Below are positions 13,542-38,531 of a stretch of 64,000 bases of DNA, in pieces; the first letter of the stretch is position 1; each line of letters opens with the position of its first letter. Where the stretch lies: NCBI RefSeq assembly GCF_009914755.1, contig NC_060932.1, one strand, 5' to 3'. Both the position numbers and the translations under genes were made by a program. The notes under the pieces are model-generated. The model was given only the letters and a program-made list of their open reading frames with translations. It was not told the DNA's origin and searched no databases. The DNA comes from the human T2T-CHM13v2.0 reference genome, Homo sapiens.

Positions 13542-15599
13542 TAAAAGTCTTCTTTTATTTATCCTCCACTTACAGTTTGTTCATGTAGAGTCTTTACATT
13601 TCTTCTTAAATTTATTCCTAAGTATTTTACATTTTTGTTACTACTCTATATTGAGTCTACTTTTTAAAAACTTTGTTTTTCTGCTAATTAAGAATACATA
13701 TTCATCACTGAAAATCTAAAACAGTGATAAGTTAAATAAAAATAAAATAAATGAAAACACTTAATCTTAACACTCATAGATAACCCCTGTGGAATTCCCA
13801 CATGGGCTTTTTCCCAGCTCATTCCCTATGTGCACATGGACACACTCTTGTATTCTTCACAGAATGGTTTCATGCTCTACAGGAAATTGTGTAATTCTGT
13901 TGGTTTAGCTTGAAATACATAACCAGTATTTTTCCACGGCAAAAAATTTTTCTAACTACAACATTATTCTTAGAAGACTAAAGACCGTGTTTTATTTTAT
14001 CAACTTGCAATTATTCATGGTTTTTAATGTTTGCTATTATAAACAATATTGATATTTTCATAACAGAAGTCTTTGCATACATTTAAAATAATTTCCTGAG
14101 GAAAAAATCCTAGAAATTGAATTGCTGTCTGTAGGGTATATTATTCATTTAAGGCTTAATATACTGTCTTGCTAAATTATCATTAATAGACAGGTTGCTA
14201 AATTGCTCTACAGAAGGCCAAATTTACATTTGCATGAGAATAATCAGTTCTCTGTGCCATTGTCAGGTATTGGATATTGTGCTTAAACAAAAAAAAGTTT
14301 ACCAGTGCCTGTAGTTTAGTTAGTATTTATTGTTACAGAGAGGGTTGACAATTTGTAATCATTTTATTTATTTATATTTCATTTTTGTGAACGACTCTTC
14401 ATGTCTTTTGCCTATTTTTAAATTAGGTTTTTATCTTTTTCTCTTTTATTGAGGCATTTTTATGCTATAAGGACTTGAATCCTATATTTATCATGTATAT
14501 TAGAAACATATTTCTAGTATTTTATATGTAACTTTATTTTACTTTAGAGATGACGCTTTTACTTACACTTTTAGCTGTTCAGATCTATTAATTTTTCCTT
14601 CATGGTCTTTGTATGATGTTCCATGTCCATAAAACCTTCCCTATCACAAGATTGTATTAATATGTGAATTTTCTTTTCATTTTTAAAATTTAAATATGTA
14701 TTTAGGAAACGGTATGTAGGAATCCAAGTTTGTTATCAAATTGCCCCAATATCACTTATTGAATAGTCCAGGCTTTCCTCACTGATTTTAAATACACCCC
14801 CTACCCCCGAACTCTTGATTAAACATGGCAAATTGAACACACACACATTTGTCTCTGCTTCCTCCTGAAAGCCCAATTGCAATGGCAATAAAAACATAAA
14901 AAAGTGAAACCCACAGTACAAAGAAATTGGGGGAAGAGATTACAGGAGTAGCGGGATATTAGCCAGCATTTTTGAAACTAGAAAGCTGGTGGATGAGTGG
15001 GAACCCACTTAGCAGATGTGAGATGAATGCCAGCCTACAAGAGGGAAGCCAGCATGAAGCAAGAAGGTTCAAGGATTCCTACTACAGACCCTGAAAAGAC
15101 CTAAGAATTAGAGGCAGCAGATGCCTCTAATGAAAAAACGGTGGACAGAGAATTGGTTGAATATTTGGATCAGAAGCAACAAATTCCTCTCCTTACTCAG
15201 TACAGCTAGGCGACTGCCCTTCAGTAGCTTGAGAGGAGATGGAAATGCACTTTTTGCAGGGTGGTTTAACCAGTTGTCTCTAGGTTTGGCATCACCAAGT
15301 ACAATTGAGGGCAGAACTGAGGCACAGTAGTGAAAAGAGAAGTTCTAAATGAAAATTTGTGTATTGATTTGTGAGACACCTAGTCCCTTTCCCACTTCAG
15401 CTCCCAGATGGGTGAAAACCAATCTCAAATAACCTAAGAAGAAAGGAGGAGGATTTCTCTCTAGGGAAATGCCCATGGGAAGAAGACCTTAAGATGCTGA
15501 CATTTGGGGACCTCTCAATGAAAAAGCTGGTTTAAAGCTTTATTATTCTGCAGAGAAGTTTATAATTTACACAGGTACACAAAGCTTCCAATTAGCATT

Positions 15600-16753
15600 A
15601 CTGAAAAAGTCAGGTTCATTGAAGTATAATGTGTATGCTATAAAATATGCTCTTTTTAGTATGTGGTTTTATGCATTTTAAAAATACATTTATGCAACTA
15701 CCATCACAATCAAGATACAAAAATAGTTCAATGAAGCCCCCAAATTACTAGGTGACTCAGTGTAGCAAATTCCTAATCCCTGGCAACCACTGATTTGTTT
15801 CATCTCTAAATTTTTGCCTTTTTATAAATGTATGTATAATAGTTTAGAAAGTAGATCTTTGATTGTGGCTTCTTTGACATTCACCCATGTTGTTGGGTAT
15901 CTCAATATCAGTTCTTACCTTTTTAGTGTAAAGTAGAATCTCAATGTACAAATACACTACAGTTATTTTTATCCATTTACCAGTTGAAGGACATTCATGT
16001 TTTTCCCCATTTTTGACAATTGTAAATAAAGCAACTATAAACATTGTATACAAATTTTTATGTGAATGTAAATGAAAATACTTTTCTTTTTCTTGGAGTG
16101 GGATTGCTATGTTATATGCCATATTTATGTTAAAGCTAAAGCTATCAAGCTGTTTTCCAAAGAGGAAATATTTCGCATTTGCTTTTCCAGTTGCTCTTTA
16201 GAGCAGAGATAGTTGCAGTTATTCTGCATCCTCAACAACTTTTTTTACAAAGCCACTCTAATAATTATTTAGTGATATCTCATTGTGGTTTAATTTGCAT
16301 TTCCCTGATGACATAATGATGTTGAGCATCTTTCAAGTGCTTATTTGTAATACATATATCTTCTTTGGTGAGTGCCTGCTCAAAACTTTTACCTATTTCA
16401 AAAATTGTGTTGTTTTTCTCATTCAGTTTTGAAAGGTATTTTTTCTTTCATATTTGCTGTATACAAGACATAGATAGGTATTTGCAAATATTTTATCTCA
16501 GTCTATTGCTTGTCTTTTCATTTCTCAGTGCTTTTCAAAAAGCAAAAGCTTTTAATTTTTATGAAGTCCAATTTATCCCTGTTTAATTTTGGGATTAGGC
16601 TGTTGGTGTCATATCTAAGAAATCTTCGTCTAACTCAAAATTACAAAGATTTTTTTTATTTTGTTCTAGAAGTTTAATAGTTTTATGTGTTACACTTAAG
16701 TTTATGATTGTTTTTAAAGTTAATATTTGTATTGGTGTGAGGTAGGGGATGAG

Positions 16754-16801
<48 letters not shown>

Positions 16802-17590
16802 ACTTGAATTTCTAATTGTTCCAGCATCATTTGTTGAAAAAAGACTATCCTTTCTCCATTGGCTTGTTTTTGCACTTTGGTTGAAAATTGACCACACATA
16901 TGTGTGTGTGGGATTATTTCAGGACTCTATTACATTCTTTTTATCTATACGTTTGTTTTTTCTCTAATACATTGTGCTAATTTTTGTAGACTTATAATAA
17001 GTCTCAAAGTCAAGTAGTTTGAGTCCTTCAAATTTATTCTTTTTTTCCTCAAAATTATTTTAGATTATCTCGGTTCTTTTGAACTTCCACATAAATGTTA
17101 GAATTAGCTTGCTAATTTCTACCCAAAAAATCCTGCTGGGATTTTTTTGAGATTGCATTGAGTCTACATATAAATGTTGAGAAAACTGACATTTTAACAA
17201 ATTGAGTCTTCCAATCAATGACTGATGTTATATCTCTCTATTAAGTTAGGTCTTGATTTCTTTAACTGGTTCAGAAGTAAACCCATTATTATAAGTGTTG
17301 TTCAGATATTCTATATTCTTAGTGATGCTTCTATCTAATCTGTTCTGTTATAGATAGAGCAATGTTGAAGTCTCCAACTGTAATTATGGATTTGTCTACT
17401 TTCTCTTTTCTATAGTTCTATCAGTTTTTGTTTCATATATTAGGAAGCTCTATTTTAAGCACATACACAATTATATTTGTCATGTACTACTGGAGAATTT
17501 ACCCCTTCTTTTTATGTAATTTTAAAAAATTCTATGTAATGTTTCTTGTTATAAAATTTATTTTGATGTTAAAATAGCCAACCTAGTATT
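15600..17590 (-). mobile_element. Old L1MC/MB remnant containing a ~42-nt poly-T (16759-16799)
   Basis: ORF-track pieces resemble degenerate L1 ORF2 (FIVALFTIVKN...CPSTGKWI; KDSLFS). Confidence 0.75.
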
Positions 17591-17606
17591 TTAAAATTAG
17601 AATTTT

Positions 17607-19641
<2,035 letters not shown>

Positions 19642-20044
19642 TTAATGTCTATATAACTATAGTGTGTTTTCTTTAGAAAGCATCTTGCTTTTTGAAAAAT
19701 CCATTTCAACAATTTGTCTTTTAATTAGTGTGTTTAGGTCATTTACATTCAATGTAATTATATGTTTGAATTAAAATCTATCATCTTGATTTTTTTTTTT
19801 TGCTGAAGATAAGCAATTTCTTTTAGAGCAATTACAAATAGGAAATGTCCTTTCTTGCATTACTTAAAAAAAATACTATTTCTGGAGATCTTCCTTTTTT
19901 TGTTCAGAAAGAAGTTTTCTTTCTTGTATTTTATTTTTGTTCTTATAAAAGTTCTCCCTGAAGAACTTCCTTTAACAGTTTTTGACTTTGCCTGCTTGTG
20001 ATCTATTTTCTCAATTTTTGTCTGAAAAGAATCTTTTTTAAAAA

Positions 20045-26265
<6,221 letters not shown>

Positions 26266-26714
26266 GGAAGGACAATATAATCTTAGTCTACTACATAACT
26301 TTGTGAATAATATTTATATTAATATAAATAGAAAATACTGACTTAACCAGAGATTGTTTAATTGCTATATGATAAGGATAGAGATAATTGTGCTTAAATA
26401 AATCCTCACGTTTTAGAGTTAGAAGTCAGTAGATAATGTTTAAAATTTAAAAACCAAAGAATAAAGATGTAAGCTTTTAATTTAGAAGTATAAGATCAGA
26501 TAATAATGGCAATACCTAAAATAATTTAAAGTGGTTGCCTCTAGGACATGGGAATTGGGGGTATGAGCAAGGGTGAAACATCAGGTTTCATTTGAAGTAT
26601 TAAGGTTTTACTAGAAATTTCTAATTATATGGTTAAAAATTAAATATAAGATTAAAACTTTTCCATATATTAAGTTCTTCTAAAACATCTTTGACAAAAT
26701 TTGTGGATAGGAAG

Positions 26715-26925
26715 CCTAGGTTTGAATATAGTTCCACACATAACAGCTGTATGTCTGTGGATGACTGTTACTTAATCTGACTGCTTCTGATTCCTTCTTC
26801 TAAGGTGAAGATAAAAATAGTACCCACCTCACAGCATTGCAATGAGATAAAGTTAGTAAATGCATGTAAAACACTTAGTGCATGGAACAAAGAAAGCAAC
26901 TGTTAAATGCTGGCTATTACTATCT
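26715..26925. mobile_element. MIR remnant
   Basis: GATAAAAATAGTACCCACCTCACAG...ATGCATGTAAAACACTTAG. Confidence 0.7.
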
Positions 26926-27634
26926 TATTCCAGCAGTAGTTCCTATAATGGCCTAATTAGTATGACTTTATATTGTATTTAATTTGTAATACAAATGTTT
27001 GTATTAAATACAATATAAAGCCATACTAATTTCCTTTGTTTGCTAAATTCTACTTCCTTTTTTTTTTGCTAAATTCCATGATTTTTTTCTTCTAAATAAA
27101 CTTAAGAATCATTTTCTCTTCCCCAACAAATATATTTTATCTCTACATTTATTCAAGTTTTCTTTTATGTCCAGGGGGAATGACTATGGCTTTCTTTATC
27201 AAAGTCTGCACATTTCTCGTTAAATTTATTTCTAGGATTGTGAGTGTATTTGGGTCTCTAAATCTCTTTCTCTTATTAAATAAAGTTCTAGGTCTAGTTT
27301 TATATTTATGCAGCCTTGCATATGAGATCTTATTTTTAATATTTTGTTTTTTTGGGGGATACATATTTATTTTATTTTATTTTATTTTATTTTTTATTAT
27401 TATTACTATTATTATTATTTTTTTTTTTAATTATACTTTAAGTTTTAGGGTACATGTGCACATTGTGCAGGTTAGTTACATATGTATACATGTGCCATGC
27501 TGGTGTGCTGCACCCACTAACTCGTCATCTAGCATTAGGTATACCTCCCAATGCTATCCCTCCCTCCGCCCCCCTCCCCACCACAGTCCCCAGAGTGTGA
27601 TATTCCCCTTCCTGTGTCCATGTGATCTCATTGT

Positions 27635-31487
<3,853 letters not shown>

Positions 31488-31523
31488 TTAGTTGATGCGG
31501 TTTCTTCCTAGTCTCGATGGTCT

Positions 31524-32540
31524 TTACATTTTGGCATGATTTTGCAGCGGCTGGTACCTGTTGTTCCTTTCCATGTTTAGTGCTTCCTTCAGGAGCTCTT
31601 TTAGGGCAGGCCTGGTGGTGACAAAATCTCTCAGCATTTGCTTGTCTGTAAAGTATTTTATTTCTCCTTCACTTATGAAGCTTAGTTTGGCTGGATATGA
31701 AATTCTGGGTTGAAAATTCTTTTCTTTAAGAATGTTGAATATTGGCCCCCACTCTCTTCTGGCTTGTAGGGTTTCTGCCGAGAGATCCGCTGTTAGTCTG
31801 ATGGGCTTCCCTTTGAGGGTAACCCGACCTTTCTCTCTGGCTGCCCTTAACATTTTTTCCTTCATTTCAACTTTGGTGAATCTGACAATTATGTGTCTTG
31901 GAGTTGCTCTTCTCGAGGAGTATCTTTGTTGCGTTCTCTGTATTTCCTGAATCTGAACGTTGGCCTGCCTTGCTAGATTGGGGAAGTTCTCCTGGATAAT
32001 ATCCTGCAGAGTGTTTTCCAACTTGGTTCCATTCTCCGCATCACTTTCAGGTACACCAATCAGACGTAGATTTGGTCTTTTCACATAGTCCCATATTTCT
32101 TGGAGGCTTTGCTCATTTCTTTTTATTCTTTTTTCTCTAAACTTCCCTTCTCGCTTCATTTCATTCATTTCATCTTCCATTGCTGATACCCTTTCTTCCA
32201 GTTGATCGCATCAGTTCCTGAGGCTTCTGCATTCTTCACGTAGTTCTCGAGCCTTGGTTTTCAGCTCCATCAGCTCCTTTAAGCACTTCTCTGTATTGGT
32301 TATTCTAGTTATACATTCTTCTAAATTTTTTTCAAAGTTTTCAACTTCTTTGCCTTTGGTTTGAATGTCCTCCCGTAGCTCAGAGTAATTTGATTGTCTG
32401 AAGCCTTCCTCTCTCAGCTCGTCAAAATCATTCTCCATCCAGCTTTGTTCCGTTGCTGGTGAGGAACTGCGTTCCTTTGGAGGAGGAGAGGCGCTCTGCG
32501 TTTTAGAGTTTCCAGTTTTTCTGTTCTGTTTTTTTCCCAT
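31524..32540 (-). pseudogene. L1 ORF1p, single premature stop
   Basis: MGKKQNRKTGNSK...QNHAKM in one frame, split by TGA at 32211-32213 (consensus CGA, CpG decay). Confidence 0.95.
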
Positions 32541-33433
32541 CTTTGTGGTTTTATCTACTTTTGGTCTTTGATGATGGTGATGTACAGATGGGTTTTCAGT
32601 GTGGATGTCCTTTCTGTTTGTTAGTTTTCCTTCTAACAGACAGGACCCTCAGCTGCAGGTCTGTTGGAATACCCTGCCGTGTGAGGTGTCAGTGTGCCCC
32701 TGCTGGGGGGTGCCTCCCAGTTAGGCTGCTCGGGGGTCAGGGGTCAGGGACCCACTTGAGGAGGCAGTCTGCCCATTCTCAGATCTCCAGCTGTGTGCTG
32801 GGAGAACCACTGCTCTCTTCAATTCTGTCAGACAGGGACATTTAAGTCTGCAGAGGTTACTGCTGTCTTTTTGTTTGTCTGTGCCCTGCCCCCAGAGGTG
32901 GAGCCTACAGAGGCAGGCAGGCCTCCTTGAGCTGTGGTGGGCTCCACCCAGTTTGAGCTTCCCGGCTGCTTTGTTTACCTAAGCAAGCCTGGGCAATGGC
33001 GGGCACCCCTCCCCCAGCCTCGCTGCCGCCTTGCAGTTTGATCTCAGACTGCTGTGCTAGCAATCAGCGAGATTCCGTGGGCGTAGGACCCTCCGAGCCA
33101 GGTGTGGGTGCGCCGTTTTTTAAGCCGGTCTGAAAAGTGCAATATTCGGGTGGGAGTGACCCGATTTTCCAGGTGCGTCCGTCACCCCTTTCTTTGACTC
33201 GGAAAGGGAACTCCCTGACCCCTTGCGCTTCCCAGGTGAGGCAATGCCTCGCCCTGCTTCGGCTCGCGCACGGTGCGCGCACCCACTGGCATGCGCCCAC
33301 TGTCTGGCACTCCCTAGTGAGATGAACCCGGTACCTCAGAAGGAAATGCAGAAATCACCCGTCTTCTGTGTCGCTCACGCTGGGAGCTGTAGACCGGAGC
33401 TGTTCCTATTCGGCCATCTTGGCTCCTCCCCCC
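32541..33433 (-). promoter_or_regulatory. L1 5' UTR bidirectional promoter, CpG-rich, YY1 site intact
   Basis: CGGCCATCTT (reverse YY1 motif) at 33411-33420; many CpGs retained; the antisense promoter is established for this family. Confidence 0.85.
32996..33133 (+). pseudogene. L1 antisense ORF0, frameshifted to 45 aa
   Basis: Hand translation MAGTPPPASLPPCSLISDCCASNQRDSVGVGPSEPGVGAPFFKPV*; matches ORF0 up to ...EPGVG and then diverges at a ~14-bp deletion. Confidence 0.8.
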
Positions 33434-34198
33434 TTTAATATTTTCTTTACATCTATTTGTATATAGGAACAATCTTAACTTTTGCCATCTTATTTTTTAA
33501 AGCAACACTTTTCTGAATTTATCAGTTTTAATATTTCAGTTGTTATTCTTTTTCTTTTATACAACCATAATATCTGCAAATTATGGTATTTTCTTTTTTT
33601 AATATACGACTAATTTTCTTTTTTCTTCCTTTCCTTTCTGCTTTTATGGTATATGAAAGTTGAACTTTTATTTATTATTACTTTGATCTTGTGATTTCCC
33701 ATTATTTTGTTTTTAGTCTTTTGGTTTATGGTACGTTTTCTTTATTTTTATTTTTCTAGTGTTTTATGTCACATTTTTATTTAAATAGTAATAGCAATAA
33801 TAATTATGAATTAATATAATCATAATAGCCGTTTATTAGAAACTTGCATGTACCTGGAGATGTATTAGGCACATTACATGCTTTTCAATAATACTAATAT
33901 TACTACTACTCCAGCAACAACATAGCAACAATTGCTAAACAATATTGAACATTTTCTATGTGCTAAACATGTTTTAGGTGCTTTACATGCATTATCTAAT
34001 TTAGTTCTTTAACTGTGTGAAATAGTTGGTATTATTGTCCTAGTAAAATCCTATGAGGCATGTACAATTATCTGCTTTACAGAAGAGAAAATGTGATTCT
34101 TGGGTATAACATCAATACCTAACAGTAATACATTGTCTCTCATACTTTTAATGTTTTGAAAATCATTTTTCTGTAATTTCTTTATTTTTGAAACCCAA

Positions 34199-34345
34199 TT
34201 TCTTTTTCTTCTTCCTTCTCTTCTTTTCTTCCTTCCTCCTCCTTCTCCTTCTCTCATCTTCCTCCTCTTTCTTCTCCCTCCTCTTTCTCTTCCTCTTCCT
34301 ATCCTTCATCCTCCTCTTCCTACTCTTCCTCCTCCTCTTCCATAT
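34199..34345. repeat. (CTT/CCT)n low-complexity tract
   Basis: Pyrimidine-rich degenerate triplets. Confidence 0.9.
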
Positions 34346-35239
34346 TCTTCATCCATGGCCACTTTTGCTCATATTCTTTCATCTTTATTGTAAGCAGTTT
34401 CACTCTGCATTGCTTTCTCCTTTTCCTTCTTCAAAGACCAGTAGTGCAACATCTATTATGTTCACATAGTAATATAATAGAAAAGGAAGGAAGAAAAGAA
34501 GAGGAAAAAAAAGGAAAGAAAAGGTGAGGGAAGAAAATCTTTCCAAGACACTGATTTCAGGTTATTCCCAGTGACAATTTTCTTCTTTATTCCAAGATCA
34601 GGGCTAATTCCTCTTGCAAGGGCTTGGGGGCAGGCAGTGGAGATAGGTGCACATTCAGTATCCAGGGTGTAACAGTTCCTACACAGGGTGGCTCCTCTTT
34701 GGGTTCAGGTGCAAGAGAACAGCCACAGATGGTGCAGACCATTACTTGCTACCCTTAGGCAGCACAGCCCATCCCCCATTGTTCCCGGAGATGAAGTAGT
34801 TAGATCAAGCCAATGACAAAGGGATTCTCTCTAAGCACTAATTAGGCTCTGAGTATTTTCCAGTCTAACTCCAATTTCAACCATATGTATATACAGATGC
34901 AGTTTATACTTTTCCTCCTTTGCCACGTCATTCTTACATGCTTTTGCCACCCATCCACAACTCCTGCATCCTTTTTATTCTATTCTTCAATTTCCTTCCA
35001 CAAAAAAATTTTAATATTAACTTGAAACTTCAAGGCTGACAACTTTTGGGATCCTGCATGTTCTCCTACACTACTACATGGGGCTGTCAGGAACCATCAC
35101 TAAAGTTGGGATTAAAACTCAGAATCTCTTTCTTTCTGGAATGAAAATAAACAAATACAGATGCAGTGGAGGCAGGTGTTGCATAGCCTGCTGACTCTGT
35201 TGTGTTATTATTTACTTTTAGTATTTTTTCATTATTTGA

Positions 35240-35541
35240 TTTTTTGTTTGTTTGTTTTTTTTGTTTGTTTGTTTTTTGAGGCAGATTCTTGCTTTGTCAC
35301 CCAGGGTAGAGTGCAGTGGTGTTATCATGGCTCACTGTAGCCTGTCTCCTGAGCCCAAGCAATCCTCCCACCCTAGTCTCCCGAGTAGCTGGGACCACCA
35401 TGCCTGGCTCATTTTAAATTTTTTTGTAGAGAAGGGATCTCACTGTGTTGCCCAGGCCAATCTTGAACTCCTGGGCTCAAATGATCTTCTTGACTTGGCC
35501 TCCCAACGTGCTGGGATTACAAGTGTGAGCCACCAGGCCCA
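35240..35541 (-). mobile_element. AluJ-like
   Basis: (TTTG)n tail; CTCCTGGGCTCAAATGATC J-type diagnostics; small internal deletions. Confidence 0.9.
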
Positions 35542-36009
35542 GACTCTTCATTTGTTTCTTAAAATATTTTCTCAAAGTGACCTACAAAGAACACCTTTTT
35601 GTTATCTTGAGCACTTTACTTTATCAGAGTCTGCTCTAGGTTGTCCGAGGGGCCCTTTCTCTTAGTCCTATTCTTTTCATATCAGTGGCCTTCTTGGGTT
35701 GTGTATTTCTTTAGATGACTGCACTTGTCTTTCTATTTGACATCAGCCATGATTGTATTGTCGTAATTTTACTTTGGTAATTTCTGGTTCTTATTTTTCT
35801 CTGTCCATGGGTTGACTCCTCTTTTTACTTTTTCTTTAATATATTTCCAAAAATTTGTTTCTTGAATTGCATAGCCCATACTAACCTTGCACCCATTCTC
35901 TTCCCAGTGGGCATGAATTCCAAGAACACTGCAGTATTCTCCTGTAGACTCTCCTTGTTTCCACATCCACTGTCAATTTGTATTAATTAAGGCCAGTGTG
36001 GTCGTTATC

Positions 36010-36390
36010 TGTGGGGCCAAGGAACATGATGGCTTTGGAGCCTATAGGTCAAGGTTAAAACCTTGGCTCTACTTCTTGCTGGCTGTGTAGTTTTGAAAAC
36101 ATTACTCAGCCTGCCTAAATCTCAGGTTCCTGATGTTTAAAAATGGAGAGAATAACAGCTACCTTGTGAAATTATTGTGAGGATTAGAGGTCATTCTGCA
36201 AATTACCTGGTGTGTGATAGGTGTACAGTAAAAGAAAATTACTTTTGAGCCACTCAAAGATGAGATTCAAATCCAAGTTCTTCCACTTACTATAACTTTT
36301 TTTCCCTTAAGTTTACCACTTTTTGAGTCTCAATTTTCTTATCTGTAAAATGGGGGGGAAAAAAGTCCATATCTTATAGCATTCCTAGGA
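36010..36390. mobile_element. Two adjacent MIR remnants
   Basis: CTTGGCTCTACTTCTTGCTGGCTGTG...GTGAGGATTAGAG; TCTCAATTTTCTTATCTGTAAAATGGG. Confidence 0.7.
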
Positions 36391-36453
36391 AGACTATAGC
36401 TTCTGGCATGGTATAAGGCAGTGGTACATGCTCTCATTGAAAATTGCTCTCTT

Positions 36454-36762
36454 GGATGGGCACGGTGGCTCACGCCTATAATCCCAGCACTTTGGGAGGC
36501 TGAGGGGTGGCAGATCACTTGAGGTCAGGAGTTCAAGACCAGCCTGGCCAACATGGTGAAACCCTATCTCAACCAAAAGTACAAAAATTAGCTGGGCATG
36601 GTGGTGGGTGCCTGTAATCACAGTTACTTGGTGGACTGAGGCATGAGAATCACTTGAACCCAGGAGGTGGAGGTTGCAGTGAGTGTAGATCGTGCCACTG
36701 CACTCCAGCCTGAGTGACAGAGAGAGACTCTGTCTCCAAAAAAAAAAAAAAAAAAAAAAAAA
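36454..36762 (+). mobile_element. Alu (AluSz/Sx-like)
   Basis: Dimeric Alu with A25 tail; TSD AAAA(T/G)TGCTCTCTT. Confidence 0.95.
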
Positions 36763-37479
36763 GTGCTCTCTTATGCCTTCTGAACAAAGACATGCCCTGC
36801 TGGACACATCTGAGCTTTACCTGACATGCCTTTTCTTTTTTCTTTTTCTTTTTTTCTTTTTTTTTTTTTTAACAGAATAAAGCTTTCAGTAGGTATCACA
36901 CTAGCCTGAAGGCTTTGCTTTAGCTCAGTAGAGTCCTTGTTTTGATATCTCGGGTAAGCAGTACTCATTTGTTCCTTCTGATCAACAGAAATGTTTTCAT
37001 AAACATTTTATTTCTGATTTTTTCTTTCTGCACGGCTGTGTATATCCTTTAACCTCAGGGTATCATTCAAAAAGGAAGGAGAAGAGAAAAAGAAAAATGG
37101 AAGAAAGAAAGCAAGAGAAAGAAATGGACAACTTACTGAAGGGGACACTTTCAGATATTGCAGAAAACAAGAGAGTCATAGGCAATCTCATTATAATCAG
37201 GAAACATGTATGCAGCTTGATGAGCTCATTTTTCACAGTTTGCTAGAAGAAAAATTTTTAACCTTAATCATTTTTTCAAGGATTTGGAAAATGCTCAGTA
37301 AAAGGGAAGCAGAAAATTGGGGAAACTATTGCTTACACTAGAATATAAACAAAGATTCTTTGCTCCTCACAGGGCTCTGAAGAAGAAATGATCTTGGAAT
37401 GTGAATTTCATCCCATCCTTTGTAATCCTGCAGGAATGCTTCCATATCTGATGAGCTATTTTAAAGTTGTGGGTGTGGG

Positions 37480-37700
37480 CTATTTTAAATCTGACATGCC
37501 TTGATTTGAATCCAAGCTCTGCCATTTACTATCAACAATGCATTAAACCTCTGCATGCCTCAGTTTCTGTAGGCATTTAAAAAAGGGCAGCCTAGTTTTT
37601 TCTTCATATAGTTTTTAGCAGGAGCAAATAATGTAATTGATGTATGCTGTAGCAATTAGCACAATTCATTGCATGGAATAGATAATAAATGTTAGTGCTC
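37480..37700. mobile_element. MIR remnant
   Basis: TTTGAATCCAAGCTCTGCCATTTACTA...AACCTCTGCATGCCTCAGTTT. Confidence 0.65.
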
Positions 37701-37959
37701 CATCTCTTTTTCCTGGAGGCCTATCCAGTAGTGTGAACTTGATTATCATAGATGATCAATACGAGTAAATAATGGGACCTGATGGAAGAATGTATCAGTG
37801 AAATTAATCTCATTTTCACTAGTATAAATCAATTTGAAGAAGCATCTGCTCTTGAGAGGAGCAGAAATGACAGAATTGTTTTAATACATGGCATAACTTG
37901 ATTTTAATTTTGATGAGGAAAATAAGAATCCCACCTGGTTATGATTATTGATTAAAAAT

Positions 37960-38155
37960 AACTGCTACTATTTGTGGACTTAGTGTGAACCAGGTGCTTG
38001 CCTTTTAAGGAAGATATTATGTATATTGGACAGATGAGGAAACTAAGGCTCAGGGCAGAGAAGAGACGTTCTCAAGGTTACACAGCTAATGAGAAGAAGA
38101 ATCAGAATTTGAATATACACCGTTTCTTTTGGTGTGTGAGGTTTTGTACTGCATG
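37960..38155. mobile_element. MIR remnant (opposite orientation)
   Basis: ACAGATGAGGAAACTAAGGCTCAG...CAAGGTTACACAGCTAAT. Confidence 0.7.
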
Positions 38156-38242
38156 ACAACAGAGACAGACCATTACTCCCAACATGTACATTATTTGTCT
38201 CACAATATAATTGAATCCAGTATAACACTTAAGAAAATTCTT

Positions 38243-38531
38243 GGCTCAGTACAGTGGCTCATGCCTGTATTCCCAGCACTTTGAGAGGCCGAGGTGGGAG
38301 GATTGCTTGAGCCCAGGAGCTTGAGACCAGCCTGGGCAGCATAGAGAAACCCTGTCTCTACAAAAGCAAAAATTAGCCAGGCATGATGGTACACATCTGT
38401 AGTCCCAGCTACTCATGAGACTGAAGTGGGAGGATCACCTGAACCAGGGGAAATAGAGGCTGCAGTAAGCCATGATTGCAAAACTGCACTACAGCCTGGG
38501 CAACAGAGTAAGATTCTGTCTTAAAAAAAAA
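38243..38531 (+). mobile_element. AluJ-like
   Basis: GGAGGATTGCTTGAGCCCAGGAG J-type diagnostics; tail followed by (TA)n. Confidence 0.92.

Noticed and set aside
16759-16799. Long poly-T as a tail-only retro-insertion
   Set aside because: No TSD or attached element; it sits in an old L1 at a naturally T-rich position, so slippage expansion is more likely
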